Below, one piece after another: positions 21,946 through 32,087 of a DNA stretch of 64,000 nt. Location: positions 896,001 through 960,000 of the forward strand of contig CAWGMQ010000004.1 in assembly GCA_963823665.1 (NCBI GenBank), written 5' to 3'. Every line of letters begins with the position of its first letter. Position 1 is the first letter of the stretch. Origin of the DNA: an uncultured Planctomycetota bacterium (GTDB lineage Bacteria > Planctomycetota > Planctomycetia > Isosphaerales > Isosphaeraceae). The position numbers and the translations under genes were made by a program. The notes under the pieces are model-generated. The model did no database searches, was not told where the DNA came from, and was given only the letters and a program-made list of their open reading frames with translations.

Positions 21946-23294
21946 TGCCCGATTCGATCAAGCCGCGAGAGCGGGATGCGATCATTCAGTCGCTGCGGGC
22001 CGGCGTCGTTCCCCGCGTCGGCTTGCGCCACCTCCAGGTCGGACGTCTCGACGAGGTGAGCGCCATCCTCAAGGACCTCGAGCGCATCGAGCAGGGCGGC
22101 GCCACCGTTCGCTTCATCATCGGCAGATATGGCGCCGGCAAGAGCTTCTTCTTGAACCTGGCCCGCGCCGTTGCGCTCGAGCGACGGTTCGTCGTCGCCC
22201 ACGCCGACATCACACTCGAGCGCCGGCTGCATGGCTCAACCGGCCAGGCCCGCAACCTCTACGCCGAGCTGATGCGCAACCTCTCCACACGCGCCAAGCC
22301 CGAAGGCGGAGCGATCGCCAACGTCGTCGAGCGCTGGGTGTCCGACCTCGACCACGACATTCGCGCGGCCGGCGGTACCGATGCCGATGTCTTCAAGGAA
22401 ATCAAGTCCCGGCTCAAGCCCTTGCAAGACCTGGTTAGCGGCTTCGACTTCGCCACGGTCGTCGGCCGCTATGTCGAAGGCTTCCAGGCTCACAACGACG
22501 ACTTGATGTCCTCGGCCTTGCGCTGGCTGCGGGCCGAATACCGCACCAGGACCGAGGCCCGCCACGACCTCGACGTACGCTCGATCATCGACGACACCCA
22601 GTTCTACGATTACTTGAAGCTCTTCGCCTCATTCACGAAGCTGGCCGGATATGCGGGCCTTTTGATCAACATCGATGAGATGGGCGTCTTCTCCCACCGC
22701 TTGAACAGCTCGCAAGCCCGCACGGCGAACTACGAAGTCATCCTCCGCATCCTGAACGACTGCCTGCAAGGCAACGTTGCCGGCCTCGGCTTCTTCTTCG
22801 GCGGCACGAACACGTTCCTGGAAGACCGCCGCCGCGGCGTTTTTAGCTACGACGCACTCGCGACCCGGCTCGCCGACAGCACGTTCGCAAACACAGGCCT
22901 CAAGGATTTCTCCGGCCCTGTTCTGCGGCTGGCGAACCTGTCGCCCGAAGACCTTTTCGTCCTCCTGCACAATATCCGCGTCGTCTTCGCTCTCGGCGAT
23001 CCGGCCAGATTCCTGGTCGACGATAACGGCATCAAACAATTCATGAGCCATTGCGCCTCGACATTGGGTGCCGAGTTCTATCTCACGCCCAGAGACGCCG
23101 TGAAAGGCTTCGTCCAGCTTCTCTCCATCATCGAGCAGAACCCCGGATCGACCGGGCAAACCGTCTTGAACGAAATGCGCATCGATCGCTCCGCCGATCC
23201 CGAAGCCGGTCCGCCTGACCCGGATGATGAGCCGCCATCAGGCGCCGCGGCTGCAAAGCCAAGCGACGACGATCTCGCCTCGTTCAAGCTCTGA
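21945..23294 (+). CDS. sngB: Shango SngB-like P-loop ATPase (DUF2791/BrxD-like)
   Basis: IIQSLRAGVVPRVGL, Walker A GRYGAGKS, Walker B INIDE and FSYDALATRL. TGATG coupling to the upstream gene. Confidence 0.9.
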   Translation: MPDSIKPRERDAIIQSLRAGVVPRVGLRHLQVGRLDEVSAILKDLERIEQGGATVRFIIGRYGAGKSFFLNLARAVALERRFVVAHADITLERRLHGSTGQARNLYAELMRNLSTRAKPEGGAIANVVERWVSDLDHDIRAAGGTDADVFKEIKSRLKPLQDLVSGFDFATVVGRYVEGFQAHNDDLMSSALRWLRAEYRTRTEARHDLDVRSIIDDTQFYDYLKLFASFTKLAGYAGLLINIDEMGVFSHRLNSSQARTANYEVILRILNDCLQGNVAGLGFFFGGTNTFLEDRRRGVFSYDALATRLADSTFANTGLKDFSGPVLRLANLSPEDLFVLLHNIRVVFALGDPARFLVDDNGIKQFMSHCASTLGAEFYLTPRDAVKGFVQLLSIIEQNPGSTGQTVLNEMRIDRSADPEAGPPDPDDEPPSGAAAAKPSDDDLASFKL

Positions 23295-23302
23295 TTCCCA
23301 CG

Positions 23303-25537
23303 ATGAGCCCATCAACCTCCAAAACCGCGTTCGCCCGCCTCGACCCGGCCCTCCAGGAAGCCCTCTACCGGATGAAGTGGACGAAGCTCCGCCCCATCCA
23401 GGTCGAAGCAATCCACGAGATCCTCGACGGCACCGGCGACCTGATCATCGCGGCCCGCACCGCCGCCGGCAAAACCGAAGCCGCCTTCCTGCCGATCTTA
23501 TCACGCATGCTGGCTGAGCCCTCGCCCGGCGTGCGCGCCGTCTACGTCGGACCGCTTAAGGCGCTCATCAACGACCAGTTCACGCGTCTGGAAGCACTCT
23601 GCCGCGAGGCGGAGATCCCCATGCACAAATGGCACGGCGACGTCGCCGCATCGCCCAAGCGCCGCCTGCTCGAGCATCCCTCGGGCGTGCTCCTGATTAC
23701 ACCTGAATCGATCGAGTCGCTCTTCGTGAATCACCCGCATCGTCTTCCCGAGGTCTTCGCCGCGCTCTCCTTCATCGTCATCGACGAGCTGCATTCGTTC
23801 ATCGGCTCCGAGCGCGGCGCGCACCTTCGCAGCCTCATCTGCCGGCTGGCCAGAAAGAGCCGCGAGAGCGTGCGCCGCGCGGGTCTTTCGGCGACATTCG
23901 GCGACGACAAGGCCGCAGTCTGCCGGTGGCTCCAGCCGCACGTTCCGGAGAGCGTCCGCATCATCGAGGCAACCTCAGAGCAAAAAACGATCCAGTTAAA
24001 GATCTACGGTCATTTGAAGTACCCCGAGCGCGGCGACCAGGAGACCAAGCAGCACGAAGCGGTCAGAGTCGAGAGCGTCCCGTCCCGCGGCGGAGATCTC
24101 GAACGCGCCGTCTTCGAAGCCTTCTACGGCAAAACGGCCCTGATCTTCATTAACCTCAAATCCTACATCGAGCAAATCGCCGATTTCACTCGACGGCTCT
24201 GCGAGCGCCGCGGGCTGCCGAACCTGTTCCGGGTGCATTACGGCTCGCTCTCCAAGAGCGAGCGCGAAGAAACCGAAGAAGCCCTCAAGTCAACAAGTGC
24301 CACCGCGACGTTCTGTTCGAGCACGCTCGAAATGGGAATCGACGTCGGCAACGTCAAGCTGGTCGGCCAGATCGGGGCGCCGTGGTCCGTCAGCTCGCTC
24401 GCTCAGCGCCTGGGTCGAAGCGGACGCAAGGACGGCGAGGCCTCCGTGCTGCGAATCTATGTCGAAGAAGACGAGCCCGAGAAAGAGACCTCGCTGTTCA
24501 ATCGGCTCTTTCTCGACCTGCTTCAAGCAACCGCAATGACGAAGCTGATGCTCGAGAAATGGTGCGAGCCGCCCGATGCGGATCGCTTCCATCTCTCCAC
24601 GCTCATTCAGCAGGTGATGAGCGTCATCAAGGAGCGGGGCGGAGCGCCCGCCGATTCTCTTTATCGCACCCTGGCGCTCGAGGGCGGTTTCTCTCGCGTC
24701 GATCGAAACACGTTTGCGCGCGTGCTCCGCGGCATGGGAACGGCCGATCTGATCGAACAAACACCTGAGGGGCTTCTGATCACGGGCCTGCGCGGCGAGA
24801 GGATCATCGCCCACTTTAGCTTCTACATCGCGTTCGTCGTTGAGGACGAATACCGAGTCACGCACTCCGGCCATCACATCGGCAATGTCGGCTACGTCCC
24901 GGAGATCGAAGAGGAGGGCTATTTGATCCTGGCCGGCCGCCGCTGGAAGATCCTGGTCGTTGACCACGACCGCAAGAGCATCCTGGTTGAGCCCTCCACC
25001 GGCGGCCGGGTGCCCCGGTTCTTCTCCGCCGCGCACATCGACATCCATCCGCGCGTCCGCGAGGTCATGAAGGAGCTGCTGGGACAAGGCGACGTTCCTG
25101 TCTACCTCGACCCAACCGCGCGCGAAATGTTGACTCTCGCCCGCTCGACTGCCCGCGACTCGGGCGTGTTGCGCAAGCCGTTTTTCCAGGACGGCCTCGA
25201 CACCGTCTGGTTCAACTGGACCGGCTCGAAAATCCAGCGCACCTTGTGGGCGATGGCAAAACTCTCGGGCCTGGCCAACGTGAATGACGAGCAAGTTGCC
25301 TTGGTCTTCGAGAAGACTCTGCTCTCGCGTGTGCAAGAAATCTTCCAGAGCTTCCTCTCGAATTGCCCCGACGCCGTCTCCCTTGCGCACCAGTTCCCCC
25401 ACCGCGTCGTCGAAAAATACGAACGGTTCCTCTCCGAGGACCTCACAGCCGAGCTCTTCGCGCGCGAGCGAATGGATCTCTCCGGCGCCCTGGAAAAAAT
25501 CCGCGCCGACATCCCGCCCCCGAGCCCGCCTTTGTAG
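23303..25537 (+). CDS. sngC: Shango SngC-like DEAD/DEAH (Lhr-like) helicase
   Basis: ARTAAGKTEA, PLKALIND, TPES, DELH, LSAT, STLEMGIDVG and QRLGRSGR. Confidence 0.9.
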   Translation: MSPSTSKTAFARLDPALQEALYRMKWTKLRPIQVEAIHEILDGTGDLIIAARTAAGKTEAAFLPILSRMLAEPSPGVRAVYVGPLKALINDQFTRLEALCREAEIPMHKWHGDVAASPKRRLLEHPSGVLLITPESIESLFVNHPHRLPEVFAALSFIVIDELHSFIGSERGAHLRSLICRLARKSRESVRRAGLSATFGDDKAAVCRWLQPHVPESVRIIEATSEQKTIQLKIYGHLKYPERGDQETKQHEAVRVESVPSRGGDLERAVFEAFYGKTALIFINLKSYIEQIADFTRRLCERRGLPNLFRVHYGSLSKSEREETEEALKSTSATATFCSSTLEMGIDVGNVKLVGQIGAPWSVSSLAQRLGRSGRKDGEASVLRIYVEEDEPEKETSLFNRLFLDLLQATAMTKLMLEKWCEPPDADRFHLSTLIQQVMSVIKERGGAPADSLYRTLALEGGFSRVDRNTFARVLRGMGTADLIEQTPEGLLITGLRGERIIAHFSFYIAFVVEDEYRVTHSGHHIGNVGYVPEIEEEGYLILAGRRWKILVVDHDRKSILVEPSTGGRVPRFFSAAHIDIHPRVREVMKELLGQGDVPVYLDPTAREMLTLARSTARDSGVLRKPFFQDGLDTVWFNWTGSKIQRTLWAMAKLSGLANVNDEQVALVFEKTLLSRVQEIFQSFLSNCPDAVSLAHQFPHRVVEKYERFLSEDLTAELFARERMDLSGALEKIRADIPPPSPPL

Positions 25538-25568
25538 CAGGCACGCTCCGCCGTGCCGCCCGCATGAT

Positions 25569-26510
25569 TCAACGACTCCCGCGCACCGCTTCCTTGCTCA
25601 CCAGCGTCCGCAAGAAAAACTCATCCACAACCGGTCGCATCGTCGCAACCCGGATGAGTGAATAAGGACAATGATCAACCCCCGCAAGCCGATAATAACT
25701 CACATCCTTCAACCCCGCCCGCCCAAGCGCAAGCACGAACCGATCGGCGGTTTCGACAGGAACCTGGGCATCCTCGACGCCATAGATCAAGAGCAGGGGC
25801 GGTATCTTGCCGCCGATCCGATTTCCAGGTGACGCCGTTTCATATGCGGCAATCCGTTTCCCTTCCGGCGGCCCTCCCATGAGCTGAGTGCACACCTGGC
25901 GCAGCACGCCGCTCCGATATTGCTCGATCAGATCAATCGGCCCACTGTCGCTGGCGACAGCCTGCACCAAACTCGACTGATCGCGAAACGCTCCATCGCC
26001 CGCAGCACCCGCATCTTTGCCCGGCAAGCCCAGGAGCATCGCGAGGTGGCCTCCGGCCGAGTTGCCCCAAGCACCAATTCGGTCCTTGTCGAGGTTGTAC
26101 TCCTTCGCGTGCCCTTGCAGCCAACGCACCGCGGTCTTGCAGTCATCAAGAGCAGCCGGAAAACTCGCTTCGCTCGACAGCCGGTAATTGATCGTCACGG
26201 CAACGAACCCCAGCCTGGCGAAATGCAAAATATTCCCCGGAACATCACCCTCCCTTTGACTGAAGCTTGATTTATCCCCCTCGATCCAGCCACCTCCGTG
26301 AATGACCACGATCCCCGGCCTCAGCTTGCCCCCGTGTCCCTTCTTCATAGCCAGGTCCAGCTTCCAGTGCGGGCTGGCCCCTTCGCGATACGCGAGATCG
26401 CGCAATACGACGACGTCATCCTGCGCAGCCGGCTGCGCCGAGCTGTGAGCCGGCGGGGTTCCGATGACCACGACCGATGCAAGAATCGAAAAGACCAACC
26501 GCAAAAACAC
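25569..26510 (-). CDS. Secreted alpha/beta hydrolase (esterase/lipase)
   Basis: HGGGW oxyanion motif and GNSAGG nucleophile elbow; signal peptide from GTG 26510 after GGAG. Confidence 0.88.
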   Translation of the reverse strand: MFLRLVFSILASVVVIGTPPAHSSAQPAAQDDVVVLRDLAYREGASPHWKLDLAMKKGHGGKLRPGIVVIHGGGWIEGDKSSFSQREGDVPGNILHFARLGFVAVTINYRLSSEASFPAALDDCKTAVRWLQGHAKEYNLDKDRIGAWGNSAGGHLAMLLGLPGKDAGAAGDGAFRDQSSLVQAVASDSGPIDLIEQYRSGVLRQVCTQLMGGPPEGKRIAAYETASPGNRIGGKIPPLLLIYGVEDAQVPVETADRFVLALGRAGLKDVSYYRLAGVDHCPYSLIRVATMRPVVDEFFLRTLVSKEAVRGSR

Positions 26511-26571
26511 GTCGAGCTCTCCACTTGATGGCTCTTTGCAACGGCGAGGCGCGTCATTTCGCTGATCTCGC

Positions 26572-27180
26572 TCAAGCGAGCAGGAACACAAGGACCGTCG
26601 CCAGAAACGAGAACAACAGCGCCAAACTCCCGGTGACTATGCCAACGACGGCCCAAACACCACTTTTTCGCGCGTAGATTCCGAGCGTGATACTCAGCAC
26701 GCAACACACGAACGTGCAGAGGACCGAGACACCACCTCCCACAAAAAAAACGAGCTCCGATTGAAGCGCCATTCCTAAACAATAACTCAGGATCAACAGC
26801 ATGAGCGCCAGCAAACCACCCAGGCCAAGAAATCCACTCGCGCGCGCAACACCCTGATGCCCTTCTCGCGCCGCCCTCACGGGCTGCCGAACCGGCGTGC
26901 GCACTTCCCCATGCCCCTCACTCTCGAGCTCGTCCGGCAAATACGCCTCGGGCGGATCAAGGCGCCCCAGCACAGCCAGCACGTCCTCGCGGCTGACCTC
27001 ATCCGTCTCTCGCTCGCTAAGCAGCTCGTCAATCTGCGACTCAACCTCCCGCACAATCGCCAGCCGCTCGCCACGAGGCACCCGCGAGAGCAACATCCGA
27101 TCAACCGTGTCCAGCCGGCTGTCAATCAAACTCTGCAGTGCCGTCGACAGTTGAATCGTCCGATGCGTCGCAACGGTCAT
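26572..27180 (-). CDS. PadR-associated membrane protein (HAAS/DUF1700-like N-terminal domain plus about 3 TM helices)
   Basis: RLDTVDRML...ERLAIVREVESQI...VLGRLDPPEAY followed by hydrophobic segments; 4-bp overlap with the PadR gene. Confidence 0.75.
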   Translation of the reverse strand: MTVATHRTIQLSTALQSLIDSRLDTVDRMLLSRVPRGERLAIVREVESQIDELLSERETDEVSREDVLAVLGRLDPPEAYLPDELESEGHGEVRTPVRQPVRAAREGHQGVARASGFLGLGGLLALMLLILSYCLGMALQSELVFFVGGGVSVLCTFVCCVLSITLGIYARKSGVWAVVGIVTGSLALLFSFLATVLVFLLA

Positions 27181-27509
27181 GCTTGTGCTCCTTCCAGTAA
27201 TTCCTTCAGTGAATCAGAAACCGTCTTCCAGCACTCGGCCATCCGCCGCAGTCGCTCGCGACCGGCCGCAGTGAGCCGATAGTAGCGTCTTCTCGGTCCC
27301 GACGGCGACTCTTCTGCGCGAATCGCCAGAACCCCATCCCGCGCCAGCCGCGCCAGCACAGGATACACCGTGCTCTCCGTCAGCTGAAAGCCATCAAGCC
27401 GCTGCAAATCAGACACGATCCGATAGCCGTAGGTCTCCCCACGCCCGATCGCCGCCAGCACCGCCAGCTCAACCACTCCCTTCCGAAGCTGCGACTCCCA
27501 CCCCGTCAT
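27177..27509 (-). CDS. PadR family transcriptional regulator
   Basis: QLRKGVVELAVL...YGY.I...ESTVYPVLARL...GPRRRYYRLT..G. Confidence 0.93.
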   Translation of the reverse strand: MTGWESQLRKGVVELAVLAAIGRGETYGYRIVSDLQRLDGFQLTESTVYPVLARLARDGVLAIRAEESPSGPRRRYYRLTAAGRERLRRMAECWKTVSDSLKELLEGAQA

Positions 27510-27533
27510 CAATCGCCCCCAACGTCGCGGTCA

Positions 27534-27575
27534 CTACTATGTGCCACATAGTAGCGGTTTACGGAAGGCTGTCAA
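27534..27575 (-). promoter_or_regulatory. Sigma-70 promoter of the PadR operon with overlapping palindromic operator
   Basis: Minus strand TTGACA (27575-27570), 16-nt spacer, TACTAT (27553-27548). A perfect inverted repeat CTACTATGTG-C-CACATAGTAG (27534-27554) covers the -10 box. Confidence 0.8.
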
Positions 27576-27634
27576 GCGCTTTTACAAATCACCCAACCCG
27601 CCGCGGACGAAACGCGCGAACAACTACCGACCCT

Positions 27635-27760
27635 GGCCTGGATAAACCGGCCTGCGGACGACCATCCGCACGTGACCACGGTCGTGAGACCGTGGTTCAA
27701 ATGGGGAATGTATGCCTCGCACGAGAGTGCGATCCCGCCGCTGAAAATCGCGCATTCCTC
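27635..27760 (+). ncRNA. Candidate structured RNA (unidentified)
   Basis: Consecutive hairpins, two with GNRA loops on the + strand (ACCACGGTC-GTGA-GACCGTGGT; TCGCAC-GAGA-GTGCGA), plus an enclosing GGGGAATGT/GCATTCCTC stem. No credible ORF. Confidence 0.35.
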
Positions 27761-27805
27761 CGAACGCACTCCACTGCGGACGCATCTCACAGACGATACA
27801 TCTAT

Positions 27806-27890
27806 TCATAATCTTAATCATAATCATAATCTTAATCATAATCTTAATCATAATCTTAATCATATTCCTAATCCTAATCTCAATCCTACT
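27806..27890. repeat. AT-rich hexanucleotide tandem repeat (AATCWT/AATCCT)
   Basis: ...cataatcttaatcataatcataatcttaatcataatcttaatcataatcttaatcatattcctaatcctaatctcaatcct..., about 13-14 units. Confidence 0.9.
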
Positions 27891-28857
27891 CCATCTCCCT
27901 CTCACCCCCCGAACCATTCCCGCTCACCTCACCATCTCCAACTCCCTGCCCCCCCATCTCCGATCCACTCACCGGCCCAACATACACCTCCATCCCCCGC
28001 TGCGAAGCAGCCGCGTACATCGCGCTAAGTGCCTCCAGAATCGGCACCTCCCCGCGCCAGAACGGAAACCCTCCCAGCCGCCGTACCAAAGGCCCAGCCT
28101 CGCGCGGAATCTCCACCACCGGCGCCGATTCGTCATTCCGCACGCTCGCGATTCCATCCCAGAACTCCACCATCCCAACACCCAGCGGCTCGGCCGCACG
28201 AACGCTCGCCGCCGGGGCAATCTCGCTCTTCAACTCGCCGCCGCTCTTCGCCCCCAACCGCTCCAAAAGTGCCTCGCGGCTCATCCCTCGCAGCGCAAAG
28301 ATCAAGAACGGATCGCGATCAAATTCCTCGCCGAGCAAGTAATAAGCCGCCGCGATGTGCTTGCACGGGTTCGACCAGTCCGGGCACGAACACGCCGTCT
28401 TCAAATCCAGGAGCTTCGCGGGAAAGAGCGACAGCCCAACCTCCGCAAACACCGGCTCAATATCCTGCGGCATCTCACCAGCGAGCAGCTTCGCCGCAAA
28501 AAGCGCCTGACGCCCGAGCGCATCAACCACTTTCGACCAGTCGCCGTCCGAAAGCGTCTTCACCTCCATCGTGATGTCATACGGTTTCGGCCGCGAGCCT
28601 TGCACCTTCGCCGTGACCCGGCCCTTATCGATCGCAATCGACAGCACCTGCCCGTTGCGCGCATACGACCGGCCGCGCGAGAGACGCGCACCGATCTCAA
28701 AACCCTCGAGAACCTGGATCCAGCGCTTGGCCCACCAGCTCTCGCCAAACCCACCGCGCTTCGATTGCGCCTTGATCCCGCCTTCCGCCTTCAAAGGGCG
28801 TGACGGCGCGAAATACCGCTCGCTCCACCGCTCCTTGCGCGACCACCTGTTTGCCAC
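27886..28857 (-). CDS. SWIM zinc finger protein (start GTG 28857 after GAGGAGG; ORF open to 28890)
   Basis: RLSRGRSYARNGQV, VQGSRPKPY, CSCPDWSNPCKH and FDRDPFLIFALRG. Confidence 0.92.
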   Translation of the reverse strand: MANRWSRKERWSERYFAPSRPLKAEGGIKAQSKRGGFGESWWAKRWIQVLEGFEIGARLSRGRSYARNGQVLSIAIDKGRVTAKVQGSRPKPYDITMEVKTLSDGDWSKVVDALGRQALFAAKLLAGEMPQDIEPVFAEVGLSLFPAKLLDLKTACSCPDWSNPCKHIAAAYYLLGEEFDRDPFLIFALRGMSREALLERLGAKSGGELKSEIAPAASVRAAEPLGVGMVEFWDGIASVRNDESAPVVEIPREAGPLVRRLGGFPFWRGEVPILEALSAMYAAASQRGMEVYVGPVSGSEMGGQGVGDGEVSGNGSGGEREME

Positions 28858-28894
28858 CGTGTGAGCCTCCTCACTTTTCCTTCGTGTCACCCTC

Positions 28895-31800
28895 TCATTC
28901 GGCGAACGCGTCAGCCCGAAGGGCGAATAGCTCCCTCAGCTCAGCATTCGACAGTTTCGTGATCCAGGCCTCGCCACTGCCGATAACCGAGCCGACAAGC
29001 TCCTGTTTCGCTTCGATCATGGCGTCGATCTTCTCCTCGAGCGTGCCGGTGCACACGAACTTGTGCACCTGCACGCGCCGGGTCTGCCCGATCCGGAACG
29101 CCCGGTCCGTGGCCTGGTTTTCCACGGCCGGGTTCCACCAGCGGTCGAAATGAAACACATGGCTCGCCGCCGTCAGGTTGAGCCCTGTTCCCCCAGCCTT
29201 GAGTGACAGGATGAAGATCGGCGGCGCGCTCTCTCCCGCCGCTTGAAATCGCTCAACCATCACGTCGCGCTGTCGCTTGGTCGTGCCCCCGTGCAGGAAC
29301 AGCACCTCGCGGCCGAACGTTTCTTGCAGGTGCTTCTTGAGCATCCCGCCCATCTCGGCAAACTGGCTGAATACCAGGGCGCGGTCGCCCGCCGCGAGAG
29401 CCTCATCCAGCATCTCGGTGAGCCGAGCCAGCTTGCCGGAACGGCCTCCGATGCCGGATTTGTCGTGCAGCAACTGCGCGGGATGATTGCACACCTGTTT
29501 CAGTTTCGCAAGCGTCGCCAGCACCACTCCGCCGCGCTTGATGCCTTCCGCCGATTCGATTTCCTTCTGCGAGTCCTTGACCACGGCCTCATATAGCGAG
29601 ACCTGCTCCTTGGTCAAATTGCAGAAGACCTTCATCTCCATCTTCTCGGGCAAGTCGGCGATGATCGTCTTGTCGGTCTTGAGCCGCCGCAGAATGAACG
29701 GCGAGGTCAGCCGTTTCAGCCGCGCGGTTGCCTCGGGATCACGCTGGGCCTGAATCGGCACGTGAAACTTCTGCTTGAACTCCTTCTGCGAGCCCAGCCA
29801 TCCAGGGTTAAGAAACTCGATGATCGACCAGAGATCGCCGACGTGGTTCTCGGCCGGTGTGCCGGTGAGCGCGATCCGGTGTTCCACCGGAATCGCCCGC
29901 GCGGCCTGCGCCTGCTTGGTCTGCGGGTTCTTGATATTCTGCGCTTCGTCGAGCACCAATGACGCCCACGAGACTTCCCTGAGCAACTCGATCTCTCGGT
30001 GCAAGAGCGAGTAGCTAGAAAGCACGAGCGCGTGCTTGGCGGCCCGTTTCTTGAAGTCCGCCCCCCGCGCACGATCCAGACCATGGTGAACCATCACCGG
30101 CAAGCCGGGCGTGAACCTGGCCGCCTCTTTCTGCCAGTTGCCTACGACCGACATCGGGCAGATCAGCAGCGTCGGCTTGCGCTCTCGCGCCGGGCACGAT
30201 TCCCACTCGCGCTGAACGAGCGCCAGCGTCTGAATCGTCTTACCCAGCCCCATGTCGTCGGCCAGACAGGCGCCGAATCCCCACCGGCGCAGAAATGCCA
30301 GCCAGGAAAAACCGCGTGATTGATAGGGCCGGAGCGTGCCTTGGAGCCCCTCCGGCGATTCCAGCATCGCAAACCCCGCCGCCCCTTGAAGCTGTTCCAG
30401 CAGGTCCGCCAGCCAGCCCGATGCCTGCACGCCGGCAATCTCAAGCGCTCCAGATGCCTCGTCGGCCCCGAGGGCCATCTTCACCGCCTCTCGCGCCGAG
30501 ATCACACGGTCGCCTTTCTGTTTCCAGAAGTCGAGCGCTGCGTTGATCTCCTCGGCCGAAAGCGTCACCCACTTGCCGCGCACGTTCACCAGCGGGCTCT
30601 TGAGCTCGGCCAGTGCCTTGAGCTCCTCGTGAGTCAACGTCTCGTCGCCCAGCGAGACCTCCCAGTGGAAGTTGAGGATCTCCTCGAGCGAGAGCATCGA
30701 CTTGCTCTTCATCTTCGGCGACGGTGCGTGCACAACCGCCCGGGCCTCAAGCCGCAGCTTCGCCCCCTTCCGCGACCACCACGAGGGGAGGAACACCCCG
30801 AAACCAGCCTGCTCGAGCGCCGCGGCGCGCTCCGAGAGAAATTCGTGCGCACCGCGCGAGTCGACGGTATAACCAGCCGGTGCCGCCGTCTTGAGGCTAT
30901 GTTCGATTCGCGGACAGATCGTCGCCGCCTGCCCCAGCGCAGAAAGCAGGAATTCTCGCGGCTGGAAGCCGTCGCGATTCAAGACGACCGCTTCACGCCC
31001 GCTTGGCTTCCACGCCGACTTGACCGGCACGAGCAGGCTCTGGTCGTCCATCGCCTGAAGCAGATAGCCCACCCGCCATTGATCGTGCTCGCGCTGGGGT
31101 CCCGGCTTCGGCTCCTCCAGCCGCAGGCAGAGCCGGAACGGCGCCGACGCCGCCAGCTCGATCGGCCGCCGCCACTGGCGCACCTGCTCGGCGAGTCCCT
31201 GAAGCTCGGCGGCATCCCCCGTCATGCGGCCGCTCTCTGATTGCAGCGCATCAATCCACTGATCGTGCTGGCTCCTGACCCGCACCGCAGTCTTGCCCGC
31301 GCTCGGCGCCGCGGTCCGGACGAGGTGATCGACCAGCGTCGTGACGGCGGGAAAGAGCACCGTGGCTGCCGCGATTTGAGGCGGGTCGGCCTCGTCCTGG
31401 CAAAGTGTGCGGCAGGCGTGCGGCATCGACCGCGCCAGCCGCTCGGCCTCGATCCGATCCTGGCCGACAAGCACCGGCTCCCACCGGGCAAGCCCGCCGC
31501 CTCCATCGGCACGAACTTCGAGGCCGGGCAGATATTGTTGACGAGCCACGAGCGCGCCGGCAAACCGAAGCACGCTCGACCAATAGGCCAGCGTCTTGCC
31601 AACCACAACCCCGGGCCCGCACGTCGTCCGGTCCATCACCGCAAGCAGAAGCGCGACGGCCTGGTCGCTCGTCAGTACAAGTGCGGGCGTCTTCCACGGG
31701 CCGAGCTTGACCTCGCCGGGCTCTTCGGGCTCGTCCACCAGCAGTGGGCTCGACGGCAGCGCCCGCGCTCGCTCGACGGCAGCCACGCAATCCATTGCTG

Positions 31801-32007
31801 TCGCCCGTCCTTCGAAACCTTGGAGCCGATCAGGCCGGCAATGACTTCCACGAGTCGCTCGGCATCGAGTGCGAATCGCGACGGCCCAACGCGAAACTCC
31901 CCGTTCCTTCTCGCGGCTTTTTTCGCCGGCTTCGCGGCCGGCTCGAGCGACGTTTCTCCCCAGAAAACCAATCGTCCGTCGCTTGCTGAGGTGTGAAGTA
32001 CGATCAT
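28895..32007 (-). CDS. SNF2-family (DEAD/DEAH) helicase with DUF3670-like region; frameshift near 31770
   Basis: LADDMGLGKT, LDEAQNIKN, LTGTP, LSLKAGGTGLNL and QATDRAFRIGQ. The N-terminus MIVLHTSASDGRLVFWGE is in a different frame. Confidence 0.9.
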
Positions 32008-32087
32008 GATGTCGGAAGCTCACCATCCTGGCGGTTGAAATCCACGGCCTCATGGTAACGGGCGACCGTCGAGAATTCCATGCGTTT

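Noticed and set aside
21945..25537. BREX system (BrxD/BrxHI-like genes)
   Set aside because: No pglZ, pglX or brxC nearby; the upstream TerB gene fits Shango.
27695..27750. Cobalamin riboswitch-like words (AAATGGGGAA...CCCGCCGCTG)
   Set aside because: Lacks the GGTGNAANTCC T-loop and the B12 box, and there is no downstream + strand gene.
27624..28028. ORFs with IMIK/NHNL repeats
   Set aside because: These are simply translations of the hexamer microsatellite.
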